64,000 bases of DNA from Clostridia bacterium. GTDB lineage: Bacteria > Bacillota > Clostridia > Oscillospirales > CAG-272. Positions 26,333 through 36,637 of this stretch are shown here, in pieces. The position numbers and the translations under genes were made by a program. Each line of letters begins with the position of its first letter. Position 1 is the first letter of the stretch. The notes under the pieces were generated by a model. That model saw only the letters and a program-made list of their open reading frames with translations. It had not been told where the DNA came from and made no database searches. The stretch spans positions 14,947 to 78,946 of the forward strand of contig JAFVTI010000006.1 in the NCBI GenBank assembly GCA_017503325.1, in the 5' to 3' direction.

Positions 26333-28165
26333 TTACAAAAGCTCCAGCAAAGAGAAGCTGTCGGACAGGAACCTTTGCAGCTCCTCGGCAGTCAGCTTGC
26401 GCTGTGCCAGCAGGGAGAGAGAATAGATATGACCTGCGATCAGCGCGGCCTTTTCGGGATCCTGTGCATGCAGCGTCAACAGCTTTGCATACAGGGGCGA
26501 GGCCGTATTGACGACCAGCGAATACTCGGTGGGGAAGTCCATGGGGGCAGCACCTGTGCTCATGGCGTACATGCGCATCATTTCGGCCATACGCGAGGAT
26601 TCCTCGGTGACGTTGAGCAGCGCGGGAACGGAAGCATCCTTGAGCGGCTGATAGGTTACGCTCATCTGCTCGCTGCCGCTGACGCGACGGAACAGCTCGG
26701 TCAGCTCGGGCTGCTCGCTCACCTCGCCGTCGCCCTTGATCGCCTCGGCCACGTCTGCGTCAATTCTCTTGAACTTGACGTCGTCGCGATAGCTCTCCAA
26801 GGCAGAAATAAATTGCGTATCCAGCGTTTTTTCAAGCACGGCGACCGAAATGCCTTGAGAAGCAAACAGGGAAATATACTGTGCCTGCAGTGCGCGGTCG
26901 GTGGTGTAGTAAACCACGCCCTCGTTTGTCACCTTTGCTTTTTCGAGATATTCGTCCACGGTCACGTGCGTGCCGTCGGTCAGAGAAAGCAGCAGGCTGC
27001 CCTTAACGCGCTCGTAGAACTTGCGGTCACGGATCGAGGCGTACTCCACGAAAATGCGGATGTCGTTCCAGATCTTCTCGTATTGCTCGCGTTCGAGATT
27101 GCAAAGAGAGTTGAGCTTGTCTGCCACCTTTTTGACAATGTGCGCGCTGACCTTTGTGACGTAGGTGTTGTTTTGCAGGTAGCTGCGCGAGACGTTGAGC
27201 GGCAGCTCGGGGCAATCCAGCACACCGCGCAGCATCAGCAGATAGTCGGGAATGACCTCCTTGATGTTATCTGCTACAAAGACCTGATTGTAGTACAGCT
27301 TGACCTGGCCCTCGATCGACTCGTATTCCGAGCTGATGCGGGGGAAGTAGAGAATACCCTTGAAATTGAGCGGGTAATCTGCGTTGATGTGAATATGGAA
27401 CAGGGGCTCCTTGAAATCGGAGAAGACCTTATTGTAGAAATCCTTGTACTGCTCGTCGGTGCAATCCGAGGGATTGGACTGCCAGAGCGGGGCGGTGTCG
27501 TTGATGGGAGCAGACTCGGCCTTTTCCTCATCGCCATCCTCAAAGTAGATCTCGACCGGCATAAACGCACAGTATTTGCGCAGCATTCCGATCAGTCTTG
27601 TGCGGTCCAAGTACTCCCGCTCCTCGTCCGTGACGTGCATAATCACGGTCGTGCCGCGATCTGCTTTGTCGCAAGCCTCGGTGCTGTAGCTGCCGCTTTC
27701 GTCACAAACCCAATGCACGCCGGGCGCATCGGTAAAGGATTTGGTGTAGATCTCAACGCTGTCGGACACCATAAAGGCCGAGTAAAAGCCAAGACCGAAA
27801 TGTCCGATGATGCCGTTCGCACCGCCCTCGCCCTCGTATTTCTGAATGAATTCAAAAGCACCCGAGAGCGCAATATTGCAGATATAGGTCTCCAGCTCCT
27901 CGGCACTCATGCCGATGCCATTATCAGAGACGCTGATGGTACCCGCATCCTTGTCAAGCGTGACAGTGATGCGGTATGCGCAATCATCACTCGGAATCTG
28001 ACCAAGAGATTGCAGTCGCTTGTATTTGGTAATTGCGTCGGTCGCGTTGGAAACGATCTCGCGCAAAAAGATATCCTTTTCGGAGTAAAGCCATTTTTTG
28101 ATAATGGGGAAGATGTGTTCGGTATCAACAGAGATACCGCCTTTTTTGATGTTTTCAGAGTTCAT
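26333..28165 (-). CDS. htpG: Molecular chaperone HtpG (Hsp90)
   Basis: GHKL ATPase N-terminus (FLREIVSNATDA, GHFGLGFYS) in a 610-aa protein. Confidence 0.95.
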   Translation of the reverse strand: MNSENIKKGGISVDTEHIFPIIKKWLYSEKDIFLREIVSNATDAITKYKRLQSLGQIPSDDCAYRITVTLDKDAGTISVSDNGIGMSAEELETYICNIALSGAFEFIQKYEGEGGANGIIGHFGLGFYSAFMVSDSVEIYTKSFTDAPGVHWVCDESGSYSTEACDKADRGTTVIMHVTDEEREYLDRTRLIGMLRKYCAFMPVEIYFEDGDEEKAESAPINDTAPLWQSNPSDCTDEQYKDFYNKVFSDFKEPLFHIHINADYPLNFKGILYFPRISSEYESIEGQVKLYYNQVFVADNIKEVIPDYLLMLRGVLDCPELPLNVSRSYLQNNTYVTKVSAHIVKKVADKLNSLCNLEREQYEKIWNDIRIFVEYASIRDRKFYERVKGSLLLSLTDGTHVTVDEYLEKAKVTNEGVVYYTTDRALQAQYISLFASQGISVAVLEKTLDTQFISALESYRDDVKFKRIDADVAEAIKGDGEVSEQPELTELFRRVSGSEQMSVTYQPLKDASVPALLNVTEESSRMAEMMRMYAMSTGAAPMDFPTEYSLVVNTASPLYAKLLTLHAQDPEKAALIAGHIYSLSLLAQRKLTAEELQRFLSDSFSLLELL

Positions 28166-28171
28166 GGGGGG

Positions 28172-29683
28172 TTATTCCTTATCTTGGTTTTCTTGTGTAT
28201 TATCTTGATTGTCCTGTGTCTGCTCGGCCGATTCACTCTGTGTGCGCTCAGCTTGCTCGGCGGCCTTTTGTGCAGCCTTGGCCTGTGCCTTTTGTTGCTT
28301 GTGCAGCTTCTTTTCCTCGCGGCGCTTGTCCGCCCACGCCTTGATCCTTGAGTGTTCGTAATAGTAGGCTAAGCGTCTGTTCTGGTAGTGCACGGCAAGA
28401 TCGATCTCGTCCTCGGTCGCCTCACCGCGGTAGTATTCTGCCGTGTCGGTGGGCAGCCCCTTTTTCTGCAGTCTTGCTTCAATAAACATCTTGCCAAGCT
28501 CGACCATGACAGCGAACAGGGGAACCGAAACGATCAGCGCGATGGGGTTGCCGCCAAAGATGGTGCCCATGACGACGATCGAGATCAGCACGCAAAGTGC
28601 GCTGACGCCCATGTGCTGGCCAAGGATCTTGGGGCTGATGATATTACCCTCAAGCTGCTGGATGAGCAGCACGAGAATGACGTAAAGCAAAAACTTGGAG
28701 GGATTGGTGATCAGCACGATAAATCCGCCGGGGATCGCACCGATAAAGGGACCGACGATGGGGATGATATCGGTGATACCGATCAGGGCCGCGATCAACA
28801 GGTTATAGTCCGAAATGCCGAAGATCGCAAAGGAGATCCAGCAAAGGAAGAAAATGATCATGGCATCCAGCAGCTTACCCTCAAGGTAGCTACCAAAGGA
28901 TTCGTTGATGATCTTGAGTACGCGATTGATAAACTTGTTTTGCTCGTAGGTAAAGACGGCCTTGCGCATTTTTTTGACCTGCGCAAGTCTGGTCTCCTTG
29001 GTAGCCAGCAGGTGAATCGCGATCAGGATGCTGAAGAATGCATCGATGATGAATACGTACACCTTGCTGATCAGCGTGCCCGTGTAGGGGAACAGCTTTT
29101 CAAACAGCTTTTTGAGCATGGAGGTCGAGTTTTCGTCAAAGATCTCGGTGATCTGCTGCAGGATGCTCTTGGAGGAGTCGAATACCGAGTTGACCGCGTT
29201 GGTGATAAAGATCTTCAGTTCCTCAACGCTTATGTACTGCATGTTATCGGCAGGGGAGTTTCCGATCACCTTTTCCAGCCAGATGATGGTGTTATTGACG
29301 ATCGAAATGATCTCCTCAAGATATGCGTCGTAATTGGCAAAGAGGTGCTGGATGCTGCGAACGATCTCAGGTACAAGCAGGCCGATGAATACCGCAATGC
29401 CCGCCAGCACCACAAGCGCGGTCATGGTCAGCGAAAGGGCACGGCGAATGGAGACCGACTTGATCTTTTTGAAGATGTGGTTGTCAAACACCCTCATAAT
29501 GGGATTGCACAGATATGCAATACAAAAGCCGTAGATCACAGGGCCGAAGATCAGCATCAGACGGCTGATAAATGCATTGATGCTGTCGATATTGATGATC
29601 GCATAAAGCGAGATCCCCACGATTGCCACGGCGATCGCAGCAAAGAAATATGCTTTGTATCCCTTATTCTTTTGCAGCTCCAT
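28172..29683 (-). CDS. AI-2E family transporter (PerM-like) with a Lys/Gln/Ala-rich C-terminal tail
   Basis: Polytopic protein. ATG 29683 follows a GAGGAG RBS; the track ORF's extra 67 aa are unsupported. Confidence 0.85.
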   Translation of the reverse strand: MELQKNKGYKAYFFAAIAVAIVGISLYAIINIDSINAFISRLMLIFGPVIYGFCIAYLCNPIMRVFDNHIFKKIKSVSIRRALSLTMTALVVLAGIAVFIGLLVPEIVRSIQHLFANYDAYLEEIISIVNNTIIWLEKVIGNSPADNMQYISVEELKIFITNAVNSVFDSSKSILQQITEIFDENSTSMLKKLFEKLFPYTGTLISKVYVFIIDAFFSILIAIHLLATKETRLAQVKKMRKAVFTYEQNKFINRVLKIINESFGSYLEGKLLDAMIIFFLCWISFAIFGISDYNLLIAALIGITDIIPIVGPFIGAIPGGFIVLITNPSKFLLYVILVLLIQQLEGNIISPKILGQHMGVSALCVLISIVVMGTIFGGNPIALIVSVPLFAVMVELGKMFIEARLQKKGLPTDTAEYYRGEATEDEIDLAVHYQNRRLAYYYEHSRIKAWADKRREEKKLHKQQKAQAKAAQKAAEQAERTQSESAEQTQDNQDNTQENQDKE

Positions 29684-29822
29684 AAAAGGTCTCCTCGATT
29701 CTCGGTCTGTCTGTCGGATTAAAATAATTCCGCACGTTAAATTATATACTAATTTTTCGTTTGCGTCAAGGGTTTTACGCGCGCGTGCGTGAAATTTTAT
29801 ATTCCGTACACATTTTTCGTAC

Positions 29823-29851
29823 TTGTCAAACCGAAGGATCTGTGATATACT
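29823..29851 (+). promoter_or_regulatory. Extended -10 sigma-A-type promoter of ispE
   Basis: TTGTCA, 17 nt (ending in TGa), TATACT. Confidence 0.5.
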
Positions 29852-29883
29852 TTTAGCAGATAGAAGCGAGGGGGGATCAGGCA

Positions 29884-30747
29884 ATGGAGCTGCAGGCGTA
29901 TGCCAAGATCAATCTGTATTTAGACGTGACTGCCAGGCGCACGGACGGCTATCACGATATCGTCAGCATCATGCAAACGGTCGACCTGTATGACACGGTC
30001 ATCATCAGATGCAAGGAAGGGCATAACGGCATTACGCTTCGCTGTGGTGCGGGATTGCCTTGCGACGAGCGAAATCTTGCCTATAAGGCGGCCTTGGCGT
30101 ATTTTGAAAACGACCCGCCTTGCGGCATTGAAATTGATATAGAAAAGCGTATTCCCATGCAAGCGGGGCTTGCGGGCGGAAGCACGGATTGCGCTGCGGT
30201 GTTGCGTGGGCTTAACTTGCAATTTGCCAAGTACACAGAGCAAGAGCTACTGGCCTTGGGCGCAAGTCTTGGTGCAGACGTGCCGTTTTGCCTTGTCGGA
30301 AAAACGCAGATCACGCGCGGCATCGGTGAGGTGCTGCAGCCCTGTTCTCCCATGCCGGACTGCTTTTTGGTGATCGCCCGCGGCGGAGAGGGCATCAGTA
30401 CCCCTTGGGCGTACCGCGCGCTGGATCAAGCTTACGGTGATTTTGCCACACAAAAGGAGCAGAGCGAGCAAAGGCTTGCCCGCATCCTGGACGCCATGCA
30501 AAAGAACGATCTGCAGGGGATGAGCGACGCGATGTACAACGTGTTTGAATCGGTGGTGCTGCCCGTGCACGAGGTGGCAAGAGCGCTTGGGCAAAATATG
30601 CTTGCGGGCGGCGCGATCGGCGCTATGATGAGCGGCAGCGGCCCGAGCATCGTGGGCATTTTCGATCTCGAGGATAAGGCACGCGACACCTGCCAACGCA
30701 TTTGCGAAAAGGGAATTGCCGCATTCGTTTGTAAACCGGTGAATTGA
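29884..30747 (+). CDS. ispE: 4-diphosphocytidyl-2-C-methyl-D-erythritol kinase
   Basis: AKINLYLDV start and GHMP kinase motif PMQAGLAGGSTDCAA. Confidence 0.9.
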   Translation: MELQAYAKINLYLDVTARRTDGYHDIVSIMQTVDLYDTVIIRCKEGHNGITLRCGAGLPCDERNLAYKAALAYFENDPPCGIEIDIEKRIPMQAGLAGGSTDCAAVLRGLNLQFAKYTEQELLALGASLGADVPFCLVGKTQITRGIGEVLQPCSPMPDCFLVIARGGEGISTPWAYRALDQAYGDFATQKEQSEQRLARILDAMQKNDLQGMSDAMYNVFESVVLPVHEVARALGQNMLAGGAIGAMMSGSGPSIVGIFDLEDKARDTCQRICEKGIAAFVCKPVN

Positions 30748-30753
30748 AAAATT

Positions 30754-30786
30754 GCAAAAAAAAACGCTCGGAAGAGCGTTTTTTTG
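30754..30786. terminator. Bidirectional terminator
   Basis: An A run, stem aaacgctc / gagcgttt, then a T run. It lies between convergent genes. Confidence 0.7.
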
Positions 30787-30794
30787 ATATATTT

Positions 30795-31292
30795 TTATTT
30801 GCCGAGCGCTGTCTTGACCGCGTTGGTCGCTGCGGTGGTGTCCTCGGGGGTCAGGATGGTGTAAACTACGTAATTGCCGTAAACCTCGATCTGTGCGTTT
30901 TCCAGCTTGGTCTTCTCGGCGGGCTCGTACATGTCAAGGAATACCTCCAATTTGACCTGCGTTGCCTGTACGTAATCCCATACCTCTGCCTTGACGGCCT
31001 CCACGTCGCCGCCTTCCTTGACGTGGAAAATGCCGAATTCGTCTACCGTGGACTGAGAATTGGAGGCACAGATCATCCACTCGGAAACGTCCGACTCAAT
31101 CAGGGAAGGATTTGCAAATTCCAACGAAAGAAACAGCTCGTCCATAGCGGTGTAGCCGCCCTGCGTGCTGACCGAATTGAGGATCTCGGAGGTCAGGTCA
31201 TTGACATCAACGTCATCGCGGTAAGAGGAGCAGGCGTTCAGGGTCATCATCAGACAAAGCAGTAAGGTTGTTATCAAAGTGATCTTTTTCAT
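30795..31292 (-). CDS. Small lipoprotein (DUF4358-like)
   Basis: Lipobox TLNACSS in a 165-aa protein. The EFGIFHVKEGGD pattern resembles DUF4358 proteins; this is recalled from memory. Confidence 0.55.
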   Translation of the reverse strand: MKKITLITTLLLCLMMTLNACSSYRDDVDVNDLTSEILNSVSTQGGYTAMDELFLSLEFANPSLIESDVSEWMICASNSQSTVDEFGIFHVKEGGDVEAVKAEVWDYVQATQVKLEVFLDMYEPAEKTKLENAQIEVYGNYVVYTILTPEDTTAATNAVKTALGK

Positions 31293-31323
31293 AATTGTTT
31301 TATACTCCTTTTATTTCGTTTGA

Positions 31324-32205
31324 TCAGTCGGTGTATCCGTGCGTGCGGATATATTGCAAAACAGCACGGTAGGCGTCTGCGGTCAGGTGATAGCCGTCAC
31401 CGTTGTCATAGATGTCGGAAAGCGCACCGCTGCCGTTTTTGAGCACGCTTGCCGAATCCAGGTATTTGCAGCCGGTATCCTTGGCAAGCTGCAGGATCCA
31501 GGTGTTTGCGGCGTCGATCTTCTCGTTGGTAATGCCGTTGCCGTTTTGGCTGTAGGCCTCGGTCACGGGGAAGATGGATTGCAGGATGATCTTTGTGTCG
31601 GGGCTTGCCTTGCGTGCGGCGTTGATCAATGCCTTGTAGCAGCTGATGAAATTGTTGACCGATTTAGTATCGTTAAGGTTGACGTAAGAAATACCGTTGA
31701 CACCCAGCGTAATGACCAGATATGCGGGCTTTTCCTTTTCCAGTGCCTGCGCAATGGTCAGCGATTCACCCGTTCTTGGGTAATAGATGTGCGCGGAGGT
31801 GATCCTGCCGTCCAGCGTCAGCGTGCCTGCGGGGATGACCTTGCCGTTCTCGTCCACGTCAGACCCCGACCACACCTGCTTGGTGTCCTTGCCGCCCGTC
31901 AGCACGCCGCGGCTTTTGAGGTGATAGGTGGTGGAGTCACCAAGGAAAATGATGCTGTCAATATATTCCTGACCCCTGTCCGCGCTCTCTCCAAGCATCG
32001 CGGAAGCGTCGGGGCTGCCGATCACGGGAAGATCTTCGGCATCCGTTTGCGTTTCGCCCGACGGTTGAGCGGGGCGGGAGGGAGCATCGTCGCGATTGCC
32101 TGTCACAAGTGCGACCACGCCCCATGCGGCCAGCAAGAGAACGTTGATCAACAGCAGCACGATGATGACGACGATTAAAACTTTAATGATCGAGTCTTTA
32201 TTCAT
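31324..32205 (-). CDS. Membrane-anchored SGNH/GDSL hydrolase
   Basis: N-terminal TM helix, block I IFLGDSTT, block II TLGVNG and block V DGYHL. Confidence 0.75.
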   Translation of the reverse strand: MNKDSIIKVLIVVIIVLLLINVLLLAAWGVVALVTGNRDDAPSRPAQPSGETQTDAEDLPVIGSPDASAMLGESADRGQEYIDSIIFLGDSTTYHLKSRGVLTGGKDTKQVWSGSDVDENGKVIPAGTLTLDGRITSAHIYYPRTGESLTIAQALEKEKPAYLVITLGVNGISYVNLNDTKSVNNFISCYKALINAARKASPDTKIILQSIFPVTEAYSQNGNGITNEKIDAANTWILQLAKDTGCKYLDSASVLKNGSGALSDIYDNGDGYHLTADAYRAVLQYIRTHGYTD

Positions 32206-32214
32206 GATTCGGGT

Positions 32215-32658
32215 TTATCTCCATTTCCGGTCTTTGTCTTTGTTTTGATACACGTTCTCGTATGCCTTTTGCTCCTTTTTACGCAATCTCGCATAGCGAA
32301 CGGCAAGGAAGGTGCCAAAGGCGGCGGCGTACAAAAGCGTCATGAGCGCTGCGAACAGCAAAAGGGAATCGGAGCTCATGCCGATATCCGCATATCGCGA
32401 ATAAATGCAAAGGTAAAAGCCGCCAAGCGTCAGACATGCGTGAAGGATCGAGCGCCACCAGATCGAAAGCCCCGCATGCATAAACAGGGCATTGGCCAGC
32501 GCAAAGCAGGCGCAGAAGGCAAGGATAAGAAAATACGCGGCGGTGGCAAACGAGGTCATGCCGCAGGCTGCGATAAACAGCATGGCGGCACCGAAAGCAA
32601 CCGTTGTATAAATGCAGGTATGTATCAGAAAAGCTTTGATCAGGGCTTTGAATTTCAT
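32215..32658 (-). CDS. Small polytopic membrane protein, unknown function
   Basis: 147-aa protein with about four hydrophobic helices and a basic C-terminal tail. It heads a three-gene minus-strand cluster. Confidence 0.6.
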   Translation of the reverse strand: MKFKALIKAFLIHTCIYTTVAFGAAMLFIAACGMTSFATAAYFLILAFCACFALANALFMHAGLSIWWRSILHACLTLGGFYLCIYSRYADIGMSSDSLLLFAALMTLLYAAAFGTFLAVRYARLRKKEQKAYENVYQNKDKDRKWR

Positions 32659-32809
32659 TGTGAGCGTCCTCTCGTCTACAGTTATATATACTTTACCATA
32701 CTAACGCGAAAAATGCAAGAGCATGCGCAAAATTTTAACGAATCCTTTACAGGGGATTGTGCGAAAAACAAAAGCAGTGAATATATGCAAACAAATATGC
32801 ATTTTTGTG

Positions 32810-32838
32810 TTGACTTTTAGCGCGGTATTGTGTATAAT
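32810..32838 (+). promoter_or_regulatory. Extended -10 sigma-A-type promoter of the nusB operon
   Basis: TTGACT, 17 nt (ending in TG), TATAAT. Confidence 0.55.
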
Positions 32839-32891
32839 AAAGTATTATATAATGACTATATATGCCCAAATTCGTGCGAAAGGAAACAGCT

Positions 32892-33311
32892 ATGGCACAA
32901 ATGAGTAGAAAAATGCAAAGAGAGGCAGTGTTCGGCCTGCTTTTTGAGAGTGATTTCAGAAGAGACGAGACCCCCGAAGAGGTCTATGCGACCTGGTGCG
33001 AGCAGAATGGCGAGCCCGAGGGGACTTACGTAAAGGACGCGTATTTCGGCGTTTGCGAGAAAATGGACGAGATCGATGCCACCATCGAGCGTCATTCCAA
33101 CGGCTGGAAGGTCTCGCGTCTGACCCGCGTATCCCGCGCCGTTATCCGCCTTTGCGTATATGAAATGGCGTACGTCAAGGACGTACCCTGCGCGGTTGCC
33201 ATCAATGAGGCGATCGAGCTTTCCAAGAAATATGACGACGATAAGGCGCGCGGCTTTGTCAACGGCGTGCTGAACGGCATCAAGACCGAGCTGGAAGCCC
33301 ATGCAGAATAA
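32892..33311 (+). CDS. nusB: Transcription antitermination factor NusB
   Basis: QREAVFGLLFE...RLCVYEM...INEAIELSKKY..GFVNGVLNGI. ATG 32892 has a GAAAGGAAA RBS; the track start is 32862. Confidence 0.9.
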   Translation: MAQMSRKMQREAVFGLLFESDFRRDETPEEVYATWCEQNGEPEGTYVKDAYFGVCEKMDEIDATIERHSNGWKVSRLTRVSRAVIRLCVYEMAYVKDVPCAVAINEAIELSKKYDDDKARGFVNGVLNGIKTELEAHAE

Positions 33312-34263
33312 GCCCGTATGCTTTGTCGGCTTTGATACCAGCAATTATACCACCTCCGCCGCGGTTTGCACCGAGGACGGGAAGGTGATTGCCAATATCA
33401 AAAGCCCTTTGCCGGTCGAGGCAGGTGCTTGCGGACTTCGTCAGAGTGACGCGGTGTTTGCGCACTTGAAAAATCTGCCCGACGTCTGCGAGGTGCTGCG
33501 TGCGGTCACGGCCGACTACCGCGTAGCAGCCGTTGGCTATTCCGCGTATCCACGTGATGCCGAGGGCTCTTATATGCCTTGCTTTTTGGCGGGAAAGACG
33601 GCAGCGACCTCGTTTGCTGCCGCGCTTGGCGTGCCGCTTTATGCCTTCTCGCATCAGAACGGCCATATCATGGCCGCGGCCTATGCGTCGGGACAGTTAG
33701 AGAGATTGATGCAGGGACCCTTTGTGGCGTTCCACGTGTCGGGCGGCACCACCGAGGCTGTGCTTGTCACGCCCGAAAAGGGCAGCATCGGCAAGGTCAC
33801 GCTGGTGGGTGAGACCGCAGACCTCAACGCAGGGCAGGCCATTGACCGTATCGGCGTTGCCATGGGGCTTTCGTTCCCATGCGGCAGAGCCATTGAGCTG
33901 CTGGCGGCAAACGCCACGGGCAAGATTCCCAAGCCCCGCGTGTCGGTCAAGGGAAGCGTTTGCAATTTGTCCGGGCTTGAAAACCTGGCTCTCAAGCTGT
34001 ATACCATGACGGGCAATAAGGAGCTTGTCAGCGCGTACACGTTGGATTTCGTGGCAGAGACGCTGTCGCAGATGACCGAGAACATTTTGACCGAATACGG
34101 CAGAATGCCCGTGCTTTACGCGGGCGGCGTCATGAGCAACTGCCGCATTCGCGAAAGGCTGGAACGTAAGTTCCACGCGTATTTCGGCGCACCCGCATTC
34201 TCTGCGGATAACGCCGCAGGCACAAGCCTTTTGTGCCGTAATCAATTCTTGAAAGGGGAGTAA
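33301..34263 (+). CDS. Kae1/TsaD (peptidase M22, ASKHA fold) family paralogue
   Basis: FVGFDTSNYTTS start, SHQNGH (HxxxH metal-ligand pattern) and a GGV.SN C-terminal block. Confidence 0.65.
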   Translation: MQNKPVCFVGFDTSNYTTSAAVCTEDGKVIANIKSPLPVEAGACGLRQSDAVFAHLKNLPDVCEVLRAVTADYRVAAVGYSAYPRDAEGSYMPCFLAGKTAATSFAAALGVPLYAFSHQNGHIMAAAYASGQLERLMQGPFVAFHVSGGTTEAVLVTPEKGSIGKVTLVGETADLNAGQAIDRIGVAMGLSFPCGRAIELLAANATGKIPKPRVSVKGSVCNLSGLENLALKLYTMTGNKELVSAYTLDFVAETLSQMTENILTEYGRMPVLYAGGVMSNCRIRERLERKFHAYFGAPAFSADNAAGTSLLCRNQFLKGE

Positions 34264-34265
34264 AA

Positions 34266-35498
34266 ATGCAAGACGCTCGGCAGTATTTTTCCGTGACACA
34301 GCTCAACGAATACGTACGAATGCTGCTGGACGGTAACGCTGTACTCTCGGATATCTGGATCAAGGGTGAGATCTCGAATTTCACCAACCAATACAGAACA
34401 GGCCACATGTACTTTTCGGTCAAGGACGCAGGCGCGACCTTGCGCGTAGTCATGTTCAGGTCAAATGCGGCAAGGCTGAGATTTGAGCCGCGCGACGGCA
34501 TGAAGGTGCTGCTACACGGCAGAGTTTCGGCTTACGTGGCGGGCGGTCAGTATCAGTTTTACGCCGACATGATGGAGGCGGACGGCCTTGGCAGCCTGTA
34601 CCTTGCCTTTGAACAATGCAAGGCGCGCCTTGCCGCCGAGGGGCTTTTCGATCAAAGCCGCAAAAAGCCCATCCCGAGCCTGCCGCGACGCGTGGGAGTC
34701 ATTACCTCACCTACGGGCGCGGCCATCCGTGATATCATCAATATCACGGGCAGAAGATACCCGCAGGGCGAGCTTCTCATCTTCCCGTCGCTGGTGCAGG
34801 GCGAGCAGGCCGCCGCATATCTTGCGGGCGGTATCCGCTATTTTAACCGTGCCGCAAACGTAGATGTGATCATTATCGGACGCGGTGGCGGATCGATCGA
34901 GGACTTGTGGGCATTCAACGACGAGCGACTGGCAAGAGAGATCGCGGCATCGGAGATCCCGGTCATTTCTGCAGTCGGACACGAAACCGACTTTACCATT
35001 TGTGATTTTGTGGCAGATCTGCGCGCGCCTACGCCGAGTGCGGCGGCAGAGCTGGTCTTCCCGGATCGTTTTGCGCTCAAAGCCGAGCTTGATGCAAGAC
35101 TTGCAAAGATCGGTGCGCTGGTGCGCGCAGATATTGCAGCCAAAAGGGATCAGCTGCGTGTGCTGGCAGCCTCGCGTGCCATGCGCTCTCCCGCTGCCGT
35201 CACCGCTGAAAAGCAGATGCGACTGGACGAGCTTGCAGTGCGCATGCACACGGCGGGACAGGTGCTGTTGGATCGCAAAAGACAGGGGCTTGCAGCCTCG
35301 GTCGGCAAGCTGGAGGCACTCAGCCCGCTGGCTGTTTTGCAAAGAGGCTATGCCGTGGCACAGAACGCCAACGGCGAGGTGAGTACGAGTGCTGACGCGT
35401 TTGAAGCGGGCGAGAAGATCACGGTCAGATTTGCGGACGGAGCGGTGGATGCAACCGTTGACTCTATCAAAAAGGAGCAATTATGGAACAGAAATTGA
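34266..35498 (+). CDS. xseA: Exodeoxyribonuclease VII large subunit
   Basis: N-terminal OB fold (FSVTQLNEYVRMLL), GRGGGSIEDLWAFN and a long coiled C-terminal part. Confidence 0.9.
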   Translation: MQDARQYFSVTQLNEYVRMLLDGNAVLSDIWIKGEISNFTNQYRTGHMYFSVKDAGATLRVVMFRSNAARLRFEPRDGMKVLLHGRVSAYVAGGQYQFYADMMEADGLGSLYLAFEQCKARLAAEGLFDQSRKKPIPSLPRRVGVITSPTGAAIRDIINITGRRYPQGELLIFPSLVQGEQAAAYLAGGIRYFNRAANVDVIIIGRGGGSIEDLWAFNDERLAREIAASEIPVISAVGHETDFTICDFVADLRAPTPSAAAELVFPDRFALKAELDARLAKIGALVRADIAAKRDQLRVLAASRAMRSPAAVTAEKQMRLDELAVRMHTAGQVLLDRKRQGLAASVGKLEALSPLAVLQRGYAVAQNANGEVSTSADAFEAGEKITVRFADGAVDATVDSIKKEQLWNRN

Positions 35499-35722
35499 GT
35501 TATGAGCAGGCACTGGTAAGACTGGAGCAGATCATCCGTGCCATGGAAAGCGATAAGATCCCCTTGGAGGACTCCCTTCGTATGTATGAGGAGGGCGTTG
35601 CCATCGTGCGCCGCCTTTCTGCTGAGCTTGACGAGGCCGAGAGAAAGATCAAGATCCTGCAGCAGAATGCGCAGGGCGAGATCGTAGCCGTCGATTTTAT
35701 TACGAACGACGCAGAGGAGTAA
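35483..35722 (+). CDS. xseB: Exodeoxyribonuclease VII small subunit
   Basis: 79-aa protein with SYEQALVRLEQII..ME...PLE.SL..YEEG. It overlaps xseA. Confidence 0.9.
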   Translation: MEQKLSYEQALVRLEQIIRAMESDKIPLEDSLRMYEEGVAIVRRLSAELDEAERKIKILQQNAQGEIVAVDFITNDAEE

Positions 35723-35732
35723 GGGGACAGTC

Positions 35733-36614
35733 ATGATTCCTGCTTTTATAGAACAGGACGCAGCCCTTGTGGGCGAGCGTCTTGCAAGAATATATCCCGA
35801 GGGCAGCCGCACAACCAAGGTGCTTTACGATGCCCAGAAATACAGCTTGCTTGCGGGGGGCAAGCGTATCCGCCCCGTGCTGGTGCTTGAGACCTGCAGC
35901 ATGCTTGGCGGAGACCAAAGAGTCGCGCTTGACTATGCGGCAGCCGTGGAGATGGTGCACACCTATTCGCTCATCCACGACGATCTGCCTTGCATGGACG
36001 ACGACGATCTGCGCCGCGGCAGACCCACCAATCACAAAGTGTTCGGCGAGGATATTGCCACCCTGGCAGGTGACGGACTTGTGACCGACGCATTCGGCGT
36101 CATTCTGTCCTGTCCCTATGCATCCGCACAAAGCCGTGCGGATGCCGCGCTTGCGCTCTCACTGGGTGCCGGCAGCTTTGGTATGGTCAAGGGGCAGGTC
36201 ATTGATATGTTCGGCGAGAGCAACGAACTTTCGCAAGACGAGCTGCTTGAGCTGCACCGCGGAAAAACGGGCGCTTTGATCGAGGCAGCAGTCAGACTTG
36301 GCTGCCATGCCGCAGGCCTTACTTCGGATGACCAAAGAGTTGAAGTGCTTGCAGATTACGCGCGCAATATCGGCCTTGCGTTCCAGGTCATCGACGATAT
36401 CCTGGATTGTACCCAGAGTGCCGAGACGCTTGGAAAGAGCGTGGGCAGCGACCAAAAGGACGGCAAGACCACGTTTATGCGTTTTTATGACGTGGACGGT
36501 GCGCGCGCTTACGCAAAGCAGCTGACGTGCGATGCGATTGCGTCGGTCAAGACAATAGAGAATAGCCAAAATCTTGTGACCTTGGCAAAATACCTTGCGC
36601 AACGAAACTATTGA
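35733..36614 (+). CDS. ispA: Polyprenyl (farnesyl/geranylgeranyl) diphosphate synthase
   Basis: First DDxxD in LIHDDLPCMDDDDLRRGRP and second in FQVIDDILD. Confidence 0.9.
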   Translation: MIPAFIEQDAALVGERLARIYPEGSRTTKVLYDAQKYSLLAGGKRIRPVLVLETCSMLGGDQRVALDYAAAVEMVHTYSLIHDDLPCMDDDDLRRGRPTNHKVFGEDIATLAGDGLVTDAFGVILSCPYASAQSRADAALALSLGAGSFGMVKGQVIDMFGESNELSQDELLELHRGKTGALIEAAVRLGCHAAGLTSDDQRVEVLADYARNIGLAFQVIDDILDCTQSAETLGKSVGSDQKDGKTTFMRFYDVDGARAYAKQLTCDAIASVKTIENSQNLVTLAKYLAQRNY

Positions 36615-36637
36615 CAGATAAAACAAAGGATGACAAT

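Noticed and set aside
25877-28351. An 824-aa ORF on the plus strand.
   Set aside because: It lies entirely antisense to htpG and the PDT-like gene. It has no RBS, and its composition is low-complexity and rich in Arg, Gly, Leu and Val. The htpG reading is unambiguous. It is a shadow ORF, kept open because the sense strand avoids codons whose complements are stops (TTA, CTA, TCA).
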